From the NCBI RefSeq assembly GCF_009914755.1, contig NC_060930.1: a DNA stretch of 64,000 nucleotides; one strand, given 5' to 3'. Made by a program: the position numbers and the translations under genes. Below, piece by piece: positions 1 through 13,581 of this stretch. Under the pieces are notes generated by a model. That model worked only from the letters and a program-made list of their open reading frames with translations. It did not search any database and was not told the origin of the DNA. The DNA is from the human T2T-CHM13v2.0 reference genome, Homo sapiens. Positions within the stretch are counted from its first letter, which is position 1. The number at the start of each line of letters is the position of its first letter.

Positions 1-379
1 GATGGCTGAGGCAACTGAAGAACCAGAAAAGAAGTGAAAATGGCTGGTTCCTGCCTTAACCGATGACATTCCACCATTGTGGTTTGTTCCTGCCCCACAC
101 TAACTGGTCAAGTGACCTTGTGAAATTCTTTCTCCTGGACAATGAATCTCGGAAGCTCCCCACCGAGCACCTTGTAACACCTGCCCCTGTCTGCAAGAGA
201 AAAAACCCCTTTGACTGTAATTTTCCACTACCCACCCAAATCCTATAAAACTGCCCCACCTCTGTCTCCCTTTGCTGACTCCTTTTTCAGACTCAGTCTG
301 CCTGCACTTGGGTGATTAAAAAGCTTTATTGCTCGTACAAAGCCTGTTTGGTGGGCTCTTCACATGGACACGTTTGACA
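1..379 (+). mobile_element. HERV-H LTR (LTR7 family, LTR7B/C-like), cut by the window start
   Basis: Matches recalled LTR7 motifs (aactgaagaaccagaaaagaagtgaaaatgg, gatgacattccaccattgtg, cctataaaa, ggtgattaaaaagctttattgctc, aagcctgtttggtgg) and ends ...TGACA at 379. No primer-binding site follows, so it is a solo or 3' LTR. Confidence 0.85.
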
Positions 380-1951
380 CTCCTTATGTATCTTTTTAAT
401 CTCCATCATCTAACACAGTGTCTGGCACTCAGAATCACTCAATATATGATTGCAGAATAAGCAATAAGTTAGAAACTCAGTTAAAAGTAGAAAGAAATGG
501 AACTGGAGCCCAAGACTACAAAGCTTCAATTCTTCCCAGGATGTCTTTTCTGAATGAACAGGTGAATATAATTAAGGTACATGTTTTATTATCAGTTGAT
601 TCTCATGCCCAGAAAAGCATTGATACCACATTCTTATGAGCTCAGAGAGAAAACTTGTTCTTGATGTGTACCCAAGGTACCAGAGGTCAGTGTGGCCACC
701 AGAAGTGACCCATCTAACAGTGAGCACAAGACTTCATTGTGAGTCTGAGGACAGGCTGCTCACCAACTTCTGGATTTAAAAAGCACTTGACTGCCCTGAA
801 GAGGAGCTATTTGTTATACAAAGTCATCTGAGAGAAAAGGGTTATGTTCTTAAAATAACTTTATTAGAGCCTATTTAGTAAATGACTTTCTAATGGTTGG
901 AAAGTGTCTAGCAGATTGCAATAAGGTGAGAAGGATGTCGCTATTTATATACTCAACATTCTCCTTTCTAAGAGAAAAATGAAGTACAAAACAATATTTA
1001 TAGCCCATTAGTCTAGGGCTTTTCTTCAACTGATAACTTTCACACACATTCAGAAGACGTGGCAACCTATTGCTTATATCTAAATTCCAAGCAGCTATAC
1101 TGCCAGCATTCTCTCTACTTTTTCTTTCACTTTATTGTTTTTCTTTCTCTCTCATTCACTCATACACACACACACACAAACACAGACACATAAGTCACAT
1201 TTACATTTGTGTACCATGTTCACATATACATAAACTCATACTTTATGGAGCATGATATTTAAAAAATTTACTATCTGATATGAAATTAGTTGCTTCTGAT
1301 TTTTCTATTCCAATGTTGATATAAATACAAATATCCTTAACCTGTGGCCTAGATGGAACATAAAGAAAAACGGAAAAGCTGAAATATGGGACATGCATTC
1401 AATAACTTGGATATGGACAGGAATTCATAACCATTCATTCTGCTAATATCTTTTGAGCACCCATGACATGTCATGAATTTTACTAAACCATGAGACCGAA
1501 TACTGAGCAGAAGAGAGTGAGGAAACTCAGACTGACAAGCTGATCGAATACTTACCTTGTTCATTGATTCTCTGCTAACATTTTAAGATACAAAACTAAA
1601 CCTTTATTTTGTTTTTATTTTCTGTGTCACATTTAAAGACACCATACGTAGTTACTGTAAGTCCTTTTTATTAGTGTTATTAAGTATTATAAAGAAGAAA
1701 TTAATTGATAGATACCATTTTATAATGAAAGATTAATGGGCAAGTCCATGGGAGTAGCTTAGACTATCACTAACATTTGGTAACACATATGTATGTTATT
1801 TGTTCTGTTAGAAAGGAAACGCAAATGATGTGATTAAAGTATTAAGAGAAATGTATACATAAAGACAAAAACATGCAAGGGAATGACTAAAATGCTACAG
1901 AATGCAGGATGTTTGAAAGAGGTCATCAATGCAAGATTACTTAAATCTTAC

Positions 1952-2002
1952 CTTAAAATTTTGTACAGAATTTGCAAAAGATGGGAAACCTGGAAGTATT
2001 TC
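1952..2002 (-). CDS. SYNE1: SYNE1 coding exon (EILPGFPSFANSVQNFK), 51 nt, phase 0-0
   Basis: Acceptor TTGTTAG, donor AAG|GTAAGA. The translation continues the recalled nesprin-1 sequence after ...GQEDD. Confidence 0.92.
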
Positions 2003-3877
2003 CTAACAATATGAAAAGATAATATATAGAAATATAATATAAATCAGGGTCAAAAATTATTTAGAAAACAAGAATAAAATCAATGGAAAGGCATCCGCCT
2101 TTAGAGAAATAGGCAATCATTTCAAGGGTATATTTACTTTAAGACATTTTCATAGCTTTTGAAACTACAAAAATATTCAACTCCAATAAGGCAACATCAT
2201 TTCCTAGAATATCACATTTTTAACTTGAAATAGTCATATGTAGCTATATATTTTGTAAACATATCTCGAAATAACATTAAATATTTTAGAAGGTAAACTA
2301 TGTAAAGAAGAGGTATATGGACTCATATTACTTTCCCTATAAATATACACAGCACACATGTTTCTTTGTCCTCATAAGAATTAAGAATGTGTTGTGCTTC
2401 TTAGGGCAGTCAGGAATGTTTGTTGCAATGGAAGAACAGATGGGTGAAAAAATAAATGAAAGTTTAGAACGTGAATGAGATAAGCCAATAGACCTATTTT
2501 ATTTATTTATGACTGAGTGCTAATTATTCAAGAAATATCTTAAGGGGAAAAGTTCATCAGTTTTATTGGATGAGATTAAAAAAACCCATGGTGATGTCGA
2601 TTTTCAGTAAGAAAATCATATTTAAAATGGTATCGATAAAATACTTAATTCAAATAAAATCACAAAGGGGATATATAAATCAAATACACACAAAAATGAA
2701 AGCCTGGTAGATATGTTCATGCCAAGAATTTTTAAAAAAATGAATTAAGAGAGTAAGAGCTGAGTGACAAATACTGAGTACTTTGAGGTGAGGGCTCAAA
2801 ACTAATACGCATAGTTTACAAAATATTAAAGGTTCACTAGACAGAATTAGGTTACCATTAACTGTTAAATATAAGCCCTATGTCATAACAAAAAAATACA
2901 TTATTCAAAATATTCAGTTTTAGATGTTTATGTACTACATGACAAATGCCACTAAAAAAGGGCGAAGCTTCCAATACATTTTCCTCAAAATTAATTTTTG
3001 AGATAATAAGCCTGAATAAATCATATGCATCCTCTTTTTAGGAAAGGGATAGAGGGAATTTTTTTAACGACCAGAATTTATTTTCTGGATGATTAAAGTA
3101 ACCTCTGAAAATAATAAAGCTTCTTTAGTAAAGTATATTAAAAAGCCTATATCAATAGATTGTGTGTTTCGAATCTCTAAGGATTTTTGCATTAAACTCC
3201 TGCTCATGAGCATTAACTAAAGCATCTCCTTTTGTTTTTTTAGATGCTTCCAGCCACTCAGTTTACTAATCTGGAGAGATGATTAATGTCAGAGACTCTA
3301 AAACAGTAAAACCTCAGACACCAAATTAGATATAAATCCATCTGGGTAATATAAGGACTTCACGTATAAAAACCAGATGGAAGTTTGGATGGATTTTCTC
3401 TGTGCTATATGAGGTAAGTCTAATGTGTTTTCTTATAGAGTTTCTTATTCACACAGCAATATTATCAAAACCCAGCAAGCCCCAGATGACTCCAAAATAT
3501 TTGCATCAATCCATGCCAGCATTTGCACATGGAGTCTTTGCTTTAGCCATTTGTGGTGCTTTTTAGAAACAATTACTTTACTAGTAATAACTATAGTTAA
3601 GTCACGCTGGTGGCCAATGTTTGTGCCCCAATCCTGGCAAGGAACAAAAGAGGTTCCCTGAACTTATTGTTTTTAAGAAGCTAACATATTTCTATCAAAT
3701 GCCAAATTAATTTCATTTAGAGACCTAGGAAACAGTAGTTACCTCTATTTTGCTTATTCTTTTATGAAGTCACTGATTTCTAACTATTGGCGTGATGTCT
3801 ACTTGTAAGCTTTTGGTTATGCTCCTTAGCCTTTTTCTTCTTTATATATGTTTCTAAGTCTATTTAGAAAACATATT

Positions 3878-4307
<430 letters not shown>

Positions 4308-4518
4308 TTATTTTTCCTGATGTCATTTGCCTTATAATTATTTTTTTCAGGAAGAAAGGAGAAAGGAAGAGGAGGAGCAACTTCTAATTAATTTAAAATT
4401 CCGCAGTGAATCCACCTCTCTATGTAATTAAAAATAGAATACAATACTACTTCAAAAATATTAAAAGAATGGTCATGTCCGTTGTTTAAAAAAACAGGAA
4501 AACAGGCAGTCTGGTGTC

Positions 4519-4576
4519 TTGGAGTGTGAAATAGGACAAACTTTCTGGTTGGAGTGTGAAATAGGACAAACTTTCT
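4519..4576. repeat. Tandem duplication, 2 x 28 bp (period 30)
   Basis: ttggagtgtgaaataggacaaactttct occurs at 4519-4546 and 4549-4576. Confidence 0.95.
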
Positions 4577-4662
4577 ACAAGGCAACACGAAAAACATTTT
4601 TAAAAGCATTAAAATTTTGTATGCCCTTTAGCCTAGGAATTCCACTTCTAAAGAAGAATCTT

Positions 4663-4960
<298 letters not shown>

Positions 4961-5842
4961 GGAAAGAATCTCGGAACAATGTTTTATTACAAGATTGTTC
5001 ATAAAAGCATTGCTTATAACAACAAAAATTATAAATTAAAACAAGATTGAGTAATAAATTAATGTACATACATAAGTTGACCTGCAGAATTCTTTATAAT
5101 GTTCATGGAAGAAGAAAATTATAAAATTATATGGATACCATAATTCTATTTTTATTAAAATATTGTATGTATCTGCCATATATAATACAAATGTTGGGAA
5201 TTAACATCAACATATTAATTTTTCTCTAGTATAGGTTCTCTCTAGAAGGTCAAATACAGAAATTTTTTTCCTTTTCCTTTTTTTCTTGATTTAAAAAATT
5301 TATGACAATTAACATATGTAATTTGAGCAGCATGAAAAATGTTAATGTTATTTAAATTATTTAAAGGCTGAAAAATCTAATGACAGTGAATAATTAGAAC
5401 TTTTACAAATTGTGTCTTACTTCCATATGTTTGCTGTCAATAGATGTAATAAAATCCAAAAGTCAAAATTAGATTTGATCAGATCAACCAGAGCGAGGGG
5501 ATTAAAGATCTAGATGTGCAAATGCTATGACAGAAATACAATTACTTCAATTCTCAGATCACTAAGATGGAGTTCCCAACACTGCTATCTTTTCTCAGTT
5601 TTAGTGTACCAGCATCACATACCTTACATTTGTTATTAGCAATGCTTTCTCTAATATATCCAACATACAAACCAGAAAAACCCTTTCCTCTAATCATCAC
5701 CCCATTTGGTGATAGCTTTTTAAAATCAGTTGGTCTCATATTAAAATGCATTCAAATTTAATTTTTTGAGAACAGTATACTCAAAAAGCTGAGTCACTGT
5801 CATTGCATATACCAGTGATACTTGAAGAAAGCAAATACCTAC

Positions 5843-5952
5843 ATCATCCTCTTGCCCATCAGTGCTTGCATTGTGGATGTCAGGATAATGTTTCAGAAAC
5901 TGGGCTACATAGGTCATAATAGATTTCTCATCTGGTTTATCCACATCAACGT
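5843..5952 (-). CDS. SYNE1: SYNE1 coding exon (DVDVDKPDEKSIMTYVAQFLKHYPDIHNASTDGQEDD), end of CH2, 110 nt
   Basis: Acceptor TTTTTCAG, donor GAT|GTAGGT. Contains the CH2 terminal motif PDEKSIMTYV. Confidence 0.97.
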
Positions 5953-7635
5953 CTGAAAAAACAAAAAAGAAATGTGAATAAACTAATTAGCATTCATTGG
6001 ATTTTGATAATACAAGTTTGGTATCTAGCTATCACACCAAAAACGCTAAACGCAGAAGGAAAACAGAAGTACTATTTAGAATTTTGGACGGGGAGGAGGG
6101 TAAACCAAATTTAGTCTGGATATTACATGATGAAAATTATATTACTCAGAAAGATGACACATTTAAACAAACAGCGTTTAAGAAAGTAGCATATGTGTCA
6201 TTTAAATAAGACATACAGTATCTCATGAGACAGTATCTCCCAAATGGGTGAGATACGGTATGATTCCTCATACAGTATCTCATACTAGTTCTATTCATAC
6301 TAGTGAATAGAACACAAATAATATGTAAATTTTAGAACTGGCATAAATAGGAAGTACAAAAATGCTTACAAGTGTGACACTGAATGACATATATATATAT
6401 ATACACACACTATATATGGCCAAATATAGACAAGCCCCCTCTCTGCCCCCACAAATTTCACTTTAGAAGAAAGGCAGATGCCTTATATTCAATTTCCTGG
6501 GCAGCCTCCTCTTTGTGGAGCATTCTCTCCAAATTACAGTGCTTTGAGCAATCAAGCACTCTTCGAGGGAAACTCTTCGAGGGCCTGAGAAGCCCTCAAT
6601 CACTGTGATTTTGAAGCTTATAGATATTTATCTAATACAAATGGTAAAAATCAGGCAAATAAATTCATACAGATTTAGTAATTATACATGGAGGTAAGAA
6701 TGCATAAGTAAAACGTGTTGTAAACAAGTCTTTTAAATATCAATTTTAAAGGCAATAGAAATGATTATATCTTACAGAGCAATTTATAGAGCAGAAAGCA
6801 AACCAAATTGCCACAATGAAGTATAAAACTAATCTAATCTTTCGTAAAAGTTCTTTTTGATTAGAGGTATAATTTCTAGAGACTTGCAATATAGGGTTTA
6901 AAGAGTGCTGCAACTCACACTATTTAAAAGGAAGCGAAGATAATGTATTCTGAAATTTGTTAAATGACTCAAAGGTGATGAGTCAAACCGTTGAGTAAAA
7001 CTTTTTTTTCAGGAAATATGAAAGTGGAAAGAAAAGCAATATTTAATACATGATTTAACATAGTATATGCTGTTAACTATATATGTAAATCATAAAATAA
7101 TTATTATAATAGCTTTTGGTCTACCTAATCTGTATTCCTAAAAGCTTATACATCCAAGTTGGCTAAATAACTTTTTGAAGGGGAAGTTCTCATTAAGAAA
7201 TTAGAGGAATGTCTTATATCTAGGATAGCCTTGTATTTAGGCAACCTCAGTTTCTAATCATCAAAGAAAATATTAAGATCTTCTGGTCTGGTGGATATGA
7301 AAGAATCATGCATATTCTCCTTTCATCCCACTCTAGCAATAATGTCAGCTCTGATACATCCTCTGAAGTCGATGGCTGGAATATGTGTTTTTCCCTTGAT
7401 TTATTTTTGTGCAGAAAGAAGGCAGAAAGCCCTTTGATATCCTAGTGAAAGTGGGGTGGGGGCAGAGTGGGACTCAAAAACAGAATCCTAAAATGGCAAG
7501 GAATCTCCATGGGGCCCTTCATCTCAGAGGAAACCTAACTGGGTCTCTGTAACTTACTCTTGGAAACACAAGTCTATCCTCTTTGTTTTAGAGCTAGGGA
7601 AGTTCAGTCTGAAATTCCATCTTTAAAAATAATTT

Positions 7636-7707
7636 TTGGTGGATCCCATGAAAACAGAGAGTAGATTGGTGGTTACCAGAGGCCAGGAAGGGTAGGGAGG
7701 AGAGGGG
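7636..7707 (+). mobile_element. Short L1MA-type 3'UTR fragment with 11-bp TSD
   Basis: gagagtagattggtggttaccagaggc is an L1MA 3'UTR motif. It is flanked by aaaaataattt at 7625-7635 and 7708-7718. Confidence 0.65.
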
Positions 7708-8410
7708 AAAAATAATTTGCTTTCACTGTATATTTACATTTCTGCATTCACTGGTAGAAATGTCCATAATTGCCAGCCCAAATAAGAAATTATCTGTGAC
7801 ATTTGGAAACTTCACTTTGATACTTTTGTTTCAACATAACAACTTATTAGTTTATAAAAGTTTATCAAAGGCATCTAAATTGTCTTTTGAAGGCTTGAAA
7901 GAGTTCACTCCATTTCCAAAAAGTCTTAGCACTCACGCCCTTACCAAAAAACGTGCCAAACAATTGAAATGACAAATATTAGTCAAACATTTGTGAAGTT
8001 TGCTGATTGACACCAAAACACTGCATGGTTAACAACATTTCTAAGTATGAATAATCTACATCTTTCAGACCTCTGAGATTATATAGAGTAATTATATTAT
8101 CCTGTCACCTACCCCTCATACACACACTTCTAAAACTTTCATTCCACCCTTAAGTATATTAAGTCCAGTTCACCCGACTGACATACCAATGCCAAAGTGC
8201 TGTTTGGAGCAATGGGATCATATTTTACCCCAACCATGGTGGTAGATATTTATCCAGAAGAAAATTGATGCAGGAAAATACCATTACTTGCCACTTTTCT
8301 CCAGCTTTCTGGCCTCCAATAGAATCTTGGAAGTCATGTGTATTTCTGGGTTTAAGACATAAAAACCCTCCGTGTTAAGGTATATAACAGTCAATGAATA
8401 TTCAGCCTAC

Positions 8411-8607
8411 CTTCAGGATCTAGCAGTCTTGGGATCCCCAGTTCTGTTTCGGCGATAGTGAAAGCATCCTCCAAATTTTCTCGGTTGGATCTGCCTTTCA
8501 CTGTCTCCAAGTCCACCAATTCCGGTCGAATGGCATGAATAACTGAATGAAAGGCAACCCCGCTTCTCCAACTCTTCCCAAAATCTTTTACTTCTATTCC
8601 AGTCTGC
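8411..8607 (-). CDS. SYNE1: SYNE1 coding exon (QTGIEVKDFGKSWRSGVAFHSVIHAIRPELVDLETVKGRSNRENLEDAFTIAETELGIPRLLDPE), CH2, 197 nt
   Basis: Acceptor ACACAAAG, donor AAG|GTAGGC. Classic CH2 motifs; phases match the neighbouring exons. Confidence 0.97.
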
Positions 8608-8879
8608 CTTTGTGTTATAAAAACATAAAATGATGTCACATTCTGAATAGATACAAGCACTTTCTTCAAGGCCTCATGCAAAATCCAGTGCTTTTCACCA
8701 ACGATATGCAGAGAGCTGTATCAGTTCATTGTATTTGAGAAAAATTAAGGGAAACAAAATTTTTAGGGGGCAACAAGATAAGATGTCGAAATTCTGGTTC
8801 TATATTTAGAGATTTCTATGTTGGATTTTTCAGCAATTAAGATAGTTAAGTTAAAGCGTATTTTTACATTTATTTTATA

Positions 8880-8928
8880 CTCAATCCCCTACAGTCCTCC
8901 GCTCTACCAGCTGAGCTATTGAAGGATG
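8880..8928 (-). pseudogene. Retroposed 5' half of tRNA-Tyr(GTA), tailless, with 17-bp TSD
   Basis: Minus strand 8925-8889 reads CCTTCAATAGCTCAGCTGGTAGAGCGGAGGACTGTAG, the 37-nt tRNA-Tyr 5' exon with one CpG-type change. TSD tttacatttattttata at 8863-8879 and 8929-8945. Confidence 0.9.
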
Positions 8929-9329
8929 TTTACATTTATTTTATAAAGAAAAATCAATTTAGAGAAAAATGTCTGAAAAAATTTTAAGAAACCAAATTAT
9001 AAAGATGCCAAAAGTGACAGTAATTAACCACTGTATATTTTTTGTAGAAAGAGCTAACACGTTTCTAATGGGAAGCAGCACTGTGTTGTACACAGGTTAT
9101 CACAGACTAAGATAATGTGGCTGAATACTTTCAAATGCAGTAGAATAGACAAATGCAAATATTGCAATTATATCTCAAAGTGTTCACAAAGGACCCTGTA
9201 TTCCACCTAAATGCAAACAATAATTCCAATTACTCCACCAATAAAATTGTTTTTAAGCTCCTTTTTGGTAATTGTCTTGAGGGCAAAGCCGTGGTGGTAA
9301 ATCTTTTTTCTTTGATGGCGGATTTGATT

Positions 9330-9570
9330 AACTCAAAGCCAGTTATTAAGAAACTGAATCAAGTTGGTAGCCATATTTTGCCCTTGGAAAAGAGAAGCGA
9401 GGCAAGCTCACAATGAATGATTTTTTTTCCTACATGTAACTTATCAATTATAAAGGCAGTTCCGAAAACAGAGTTGTAAAGATGATTTTGAGCATCGGCT
9501 GCACCCCTTGAATAAGTGGAGGGCCTGCAAATATGATCACTTAACTAGGGAACATTCAATGGATAAAGTC
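9330..9570. mobile_element. Possible ancient Tc1/mariner-type DNA transposon remnant
   Basis: aaaggcagttccgaaaacagagttgtaaagatgattttgagcatcggctgcac...gaataagtg loosely resembles the 3' end of old mariner elements; highly diverged. Confidence 0.3.
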
Positions 9571-9719
9571 ATCTAGTAGCTTCTTTTTAAAAAGTTAGTC
9601 TCATTAACCTTAGAGATGTCTCTAACTAAAGCAAAAATATTGCTCAATTAATTTTTACTAGAATCTCAAAATTTTCATGAAAAAATACAACCTGAATGGT
9701 ATGCTGATTAATATAATAA

Positions 9720-10244
<525 letters not shown>

Positions 10245-12386
10245 TAAAGTAATCTTGAATCTTCTCTAATTTTCAAGCTTGTCTCTGGTAGTACAGATAT
10301 AATTTTTTTCAGCAGACAGCTGACAGTCATGCAGGTTGAACAGTATGTCCTTTCTATCTACTCATTTGTAATCCAACTCTGACTTCATTTTATTTTTCTT
10401 TGTCCACATTTCCTCATTTAAAAATGTTTTTTATCTTGTTAAGCCACCTCAAATTAGTTTTTAACAAAATTAAGTGGGGTGTAAATAAATAATTAGCTAA
10501 TAAATATTCACCATGTAATTAGCTATTTCTAATTTTCTTGAACTTATGTATTGTTTTAGACATTTTCAAAGAGAAATACATAATATGCTTTTCTAAATAT
10601 TTACTGTAATGAAATAATTAAAAAGTTTCAGCACATTTTATTTCTTCTATATTTGTTGAAAAAATATATGTAGGTATGCACACACACACATACACACACA
10701 CTGTTTCCTATTGTAACAGTTAAAGTAGTAGGTAATATTCCTTAAAAGTTTTAGTTTTAGTTCAAACCTCTTATTTGAGAATTTTAGATATGAACCAAAA
10801 GAAAGACACAGCATTTAAAGAAGTGATGAACAGTGCCCAATTTATAAGCATTTCTGACCTCTAATATGTATTTACTTCAAGCTGCTTTTAAATAACTACA
10901 TATATGCATATATTTATTTATTTTGTTACCTTACTAATTTTTGTCAGAAAATATAATTGTTCTTCTTATAAATGTGACAATAGTTATGCAAATGTAAGAT
11001 ATGCTATAACTTAAAGCTTTTATTTCTGATAATATGTATTGATAGTGGATGAAATTAGTTTTAGCAATTAGAGGGCTTAACTATCTTATGTTACTGAAAT
11101 CATTTTTAAATTTATTTCTCAAATATTTTTAAACTTTATACGAAAACAGTGGATACATCCTGATAACTAGTCTAGTGTTTACTGGATGTTTTATCATTTC
11201 CCACCATCTTCAATCTTATGAGTGTGATGAACTTCCAAACTAGAGTCCCACGAAATATTATGATTTTAGGAATAACATCACTCATACCTCAAAATGGATA
11301 CAGATTCTAAAGTCTTTTACACATGTTAGATAATAAGTTGCTTGAAAAGTACATACTGGGATAGTGTAAAAAGCAGTTTTTAGAAAAAATTATCAACAGT
11401 TTGGTAGCATCATGGAATCATGTGTTCATTACAGAATTTTTATGGCAGAGAAAAGTCATCGCCCCAAACCTCTACAATTTATGCAGCTACAAAAGAAATG
11501 GATTTTATTGCTTGCTCACGGGTGGAGAACCCTCAGGCCCAGGATTCTGGACATTGGCCCAGATAAGGAAAGTAAAACTTCCACTGATGTTACCAACATA
11601 TAAGTTGTAGCAATGACTTTGAGCTGTCACCAGACTCTTGCACATCTTTGAAACCCAACATAGCATGCATGAAACTAAATTAAATGCTGGATAACTCCAA
11701 CAGCATTAAATTTGAGTTTACTTCAAGCTACTGTTTTATTAAAAGAAAATCAATTTGTTTTTGGTTAATTTAATGTCGTGTGAAGCAATGGACCACAGAA
11801 TATCACCTTGACATTATTACAAAGTTTAATTGCAATAGCATCGTGACACATCAGTGTGCAGTCACCAATCTTCTCCCTGCCCAGTTAAGTTGTAAGAGAG
11901 ATTAGTAATGCCACTGTGGATGCAATTAAACAGTGTTCCAGCAATGTGGGAAGGGTTTTTTATTTCATTTCTACTTCAGATTCTAAAGAGCCACAAAGCT
12001 TTGTTTTCAGAAATATATTTGACTACAACTTGAATCATGAAAACATAGCCCAAATTAGAAAACCAGCAACACACTTTAAAAGTTAAACAAAACAACATAA
12101 ACTAGCAACACTAATTACATCCTTTGTTTCTCTTTTTATTTTTTTATTTTTGCTCTTCAAACACCTTAAAAATAGAACTCCCTATGTTTAGTACCTCAAT
12201 ATTTTATAAGTACTTGTTTACAACTATTTTCCAGAAGTAGAGAATCAAATTTAGATTACATTTAAGCATGCAAAACAAGATAAAAAATGAGTAATTTTAC
12301 ATGTTGTTTAGGAAAATCAAACAAAAGCATACTCTACATGAAAGGACTTACCCCTGATCACATCAGACTACAAAATACTTATATAA

Positions 12387-12815
<429 letters not shown>

Positions 12816-13402
12816 TAAATTTATTATGCCTAGAGGAAAACTGAAAACTAGATGCAAATTCTCAGCTCACAAAGCTAGAGTTGACAAAAAAATCTACACT
12901 CTAGATAAAAAATGAGACCAAAGGGAAAAAATTTAAAAACTAAAATTGCTAGAAAGTTTCAGAACATAAAAAAAAAATGTTTTTGGAATGTGTACCTTAG
13001 TTCACACAGTTCTTAAATAGAACATAATAGTCTCATGAAGAGATAACCGAGTTTAAACTTCAAGTTTATTTATATAAAGATTATTTAATAGGAGCAGAAA
13101 CTCTAAACAATGACCTAAATAGAATTATCCCTCATGCTACTTAAAGTTTAGGATTAGTCAGTTTAATTAATTAGGCCCAATTGCATGAATAAAGAAAAAA
13201 TTAATTTTTTAAGAGCATTTTCCTAGAGTATTAGTGGTGATTTGTGTTTATATCTCAATTCAAGGCAAGAGTGAAATAAGCGCTAAAGCAAAGCCATTCA
13301 TTCAAATGTCTCTTCACATTTCGCAATCATTAGAAGTTGCAATTAGTAACATTCATAACTCAATTTAACGGTTTCAAATTTAGACAAACTCTTGATACTT
13401 AC

Positions 13403-13581
13403 TTGCCAGCTGTGTACTGAACCCACTTTAATAAAGCCTTCTTAGCATTTCCTTGGATCTTGGTGGTCACCTTCCGTTTACTTGGTGGGCTGGGAGTCTC
13501 AGAGCTAACTATGCTGTCCACGGAGGATGCGCTGCTGGACAAAGACTGGAGCTGGGGCAGGTTGCTGGTCAACTCTTCAAT
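13403..13581 (-). CDS. SYNE1: SYNE1 coding exon (IEELTSNLPQLQSLSSSASSVDSIVSSETPSPPSKRKVTTKIQGNAKKALLKWVQYTAG), Ser-rich CH1-CH2 linker and CH2 start, 179 nt
   Basis: Acceptor CAAACAG, donor CAA|GTAAGT, open frame, AKKALLKWV CH2 start motif. Confidence 0.97.

Noticed and set aside
7452-7472. G-quadruplex motif
   Set aside because: Only three G-tracts lie close together.
8889-8925. Functional tRNA-Tyr gene
   Set aside because: It lacks the 3' half, T-arm and B box.
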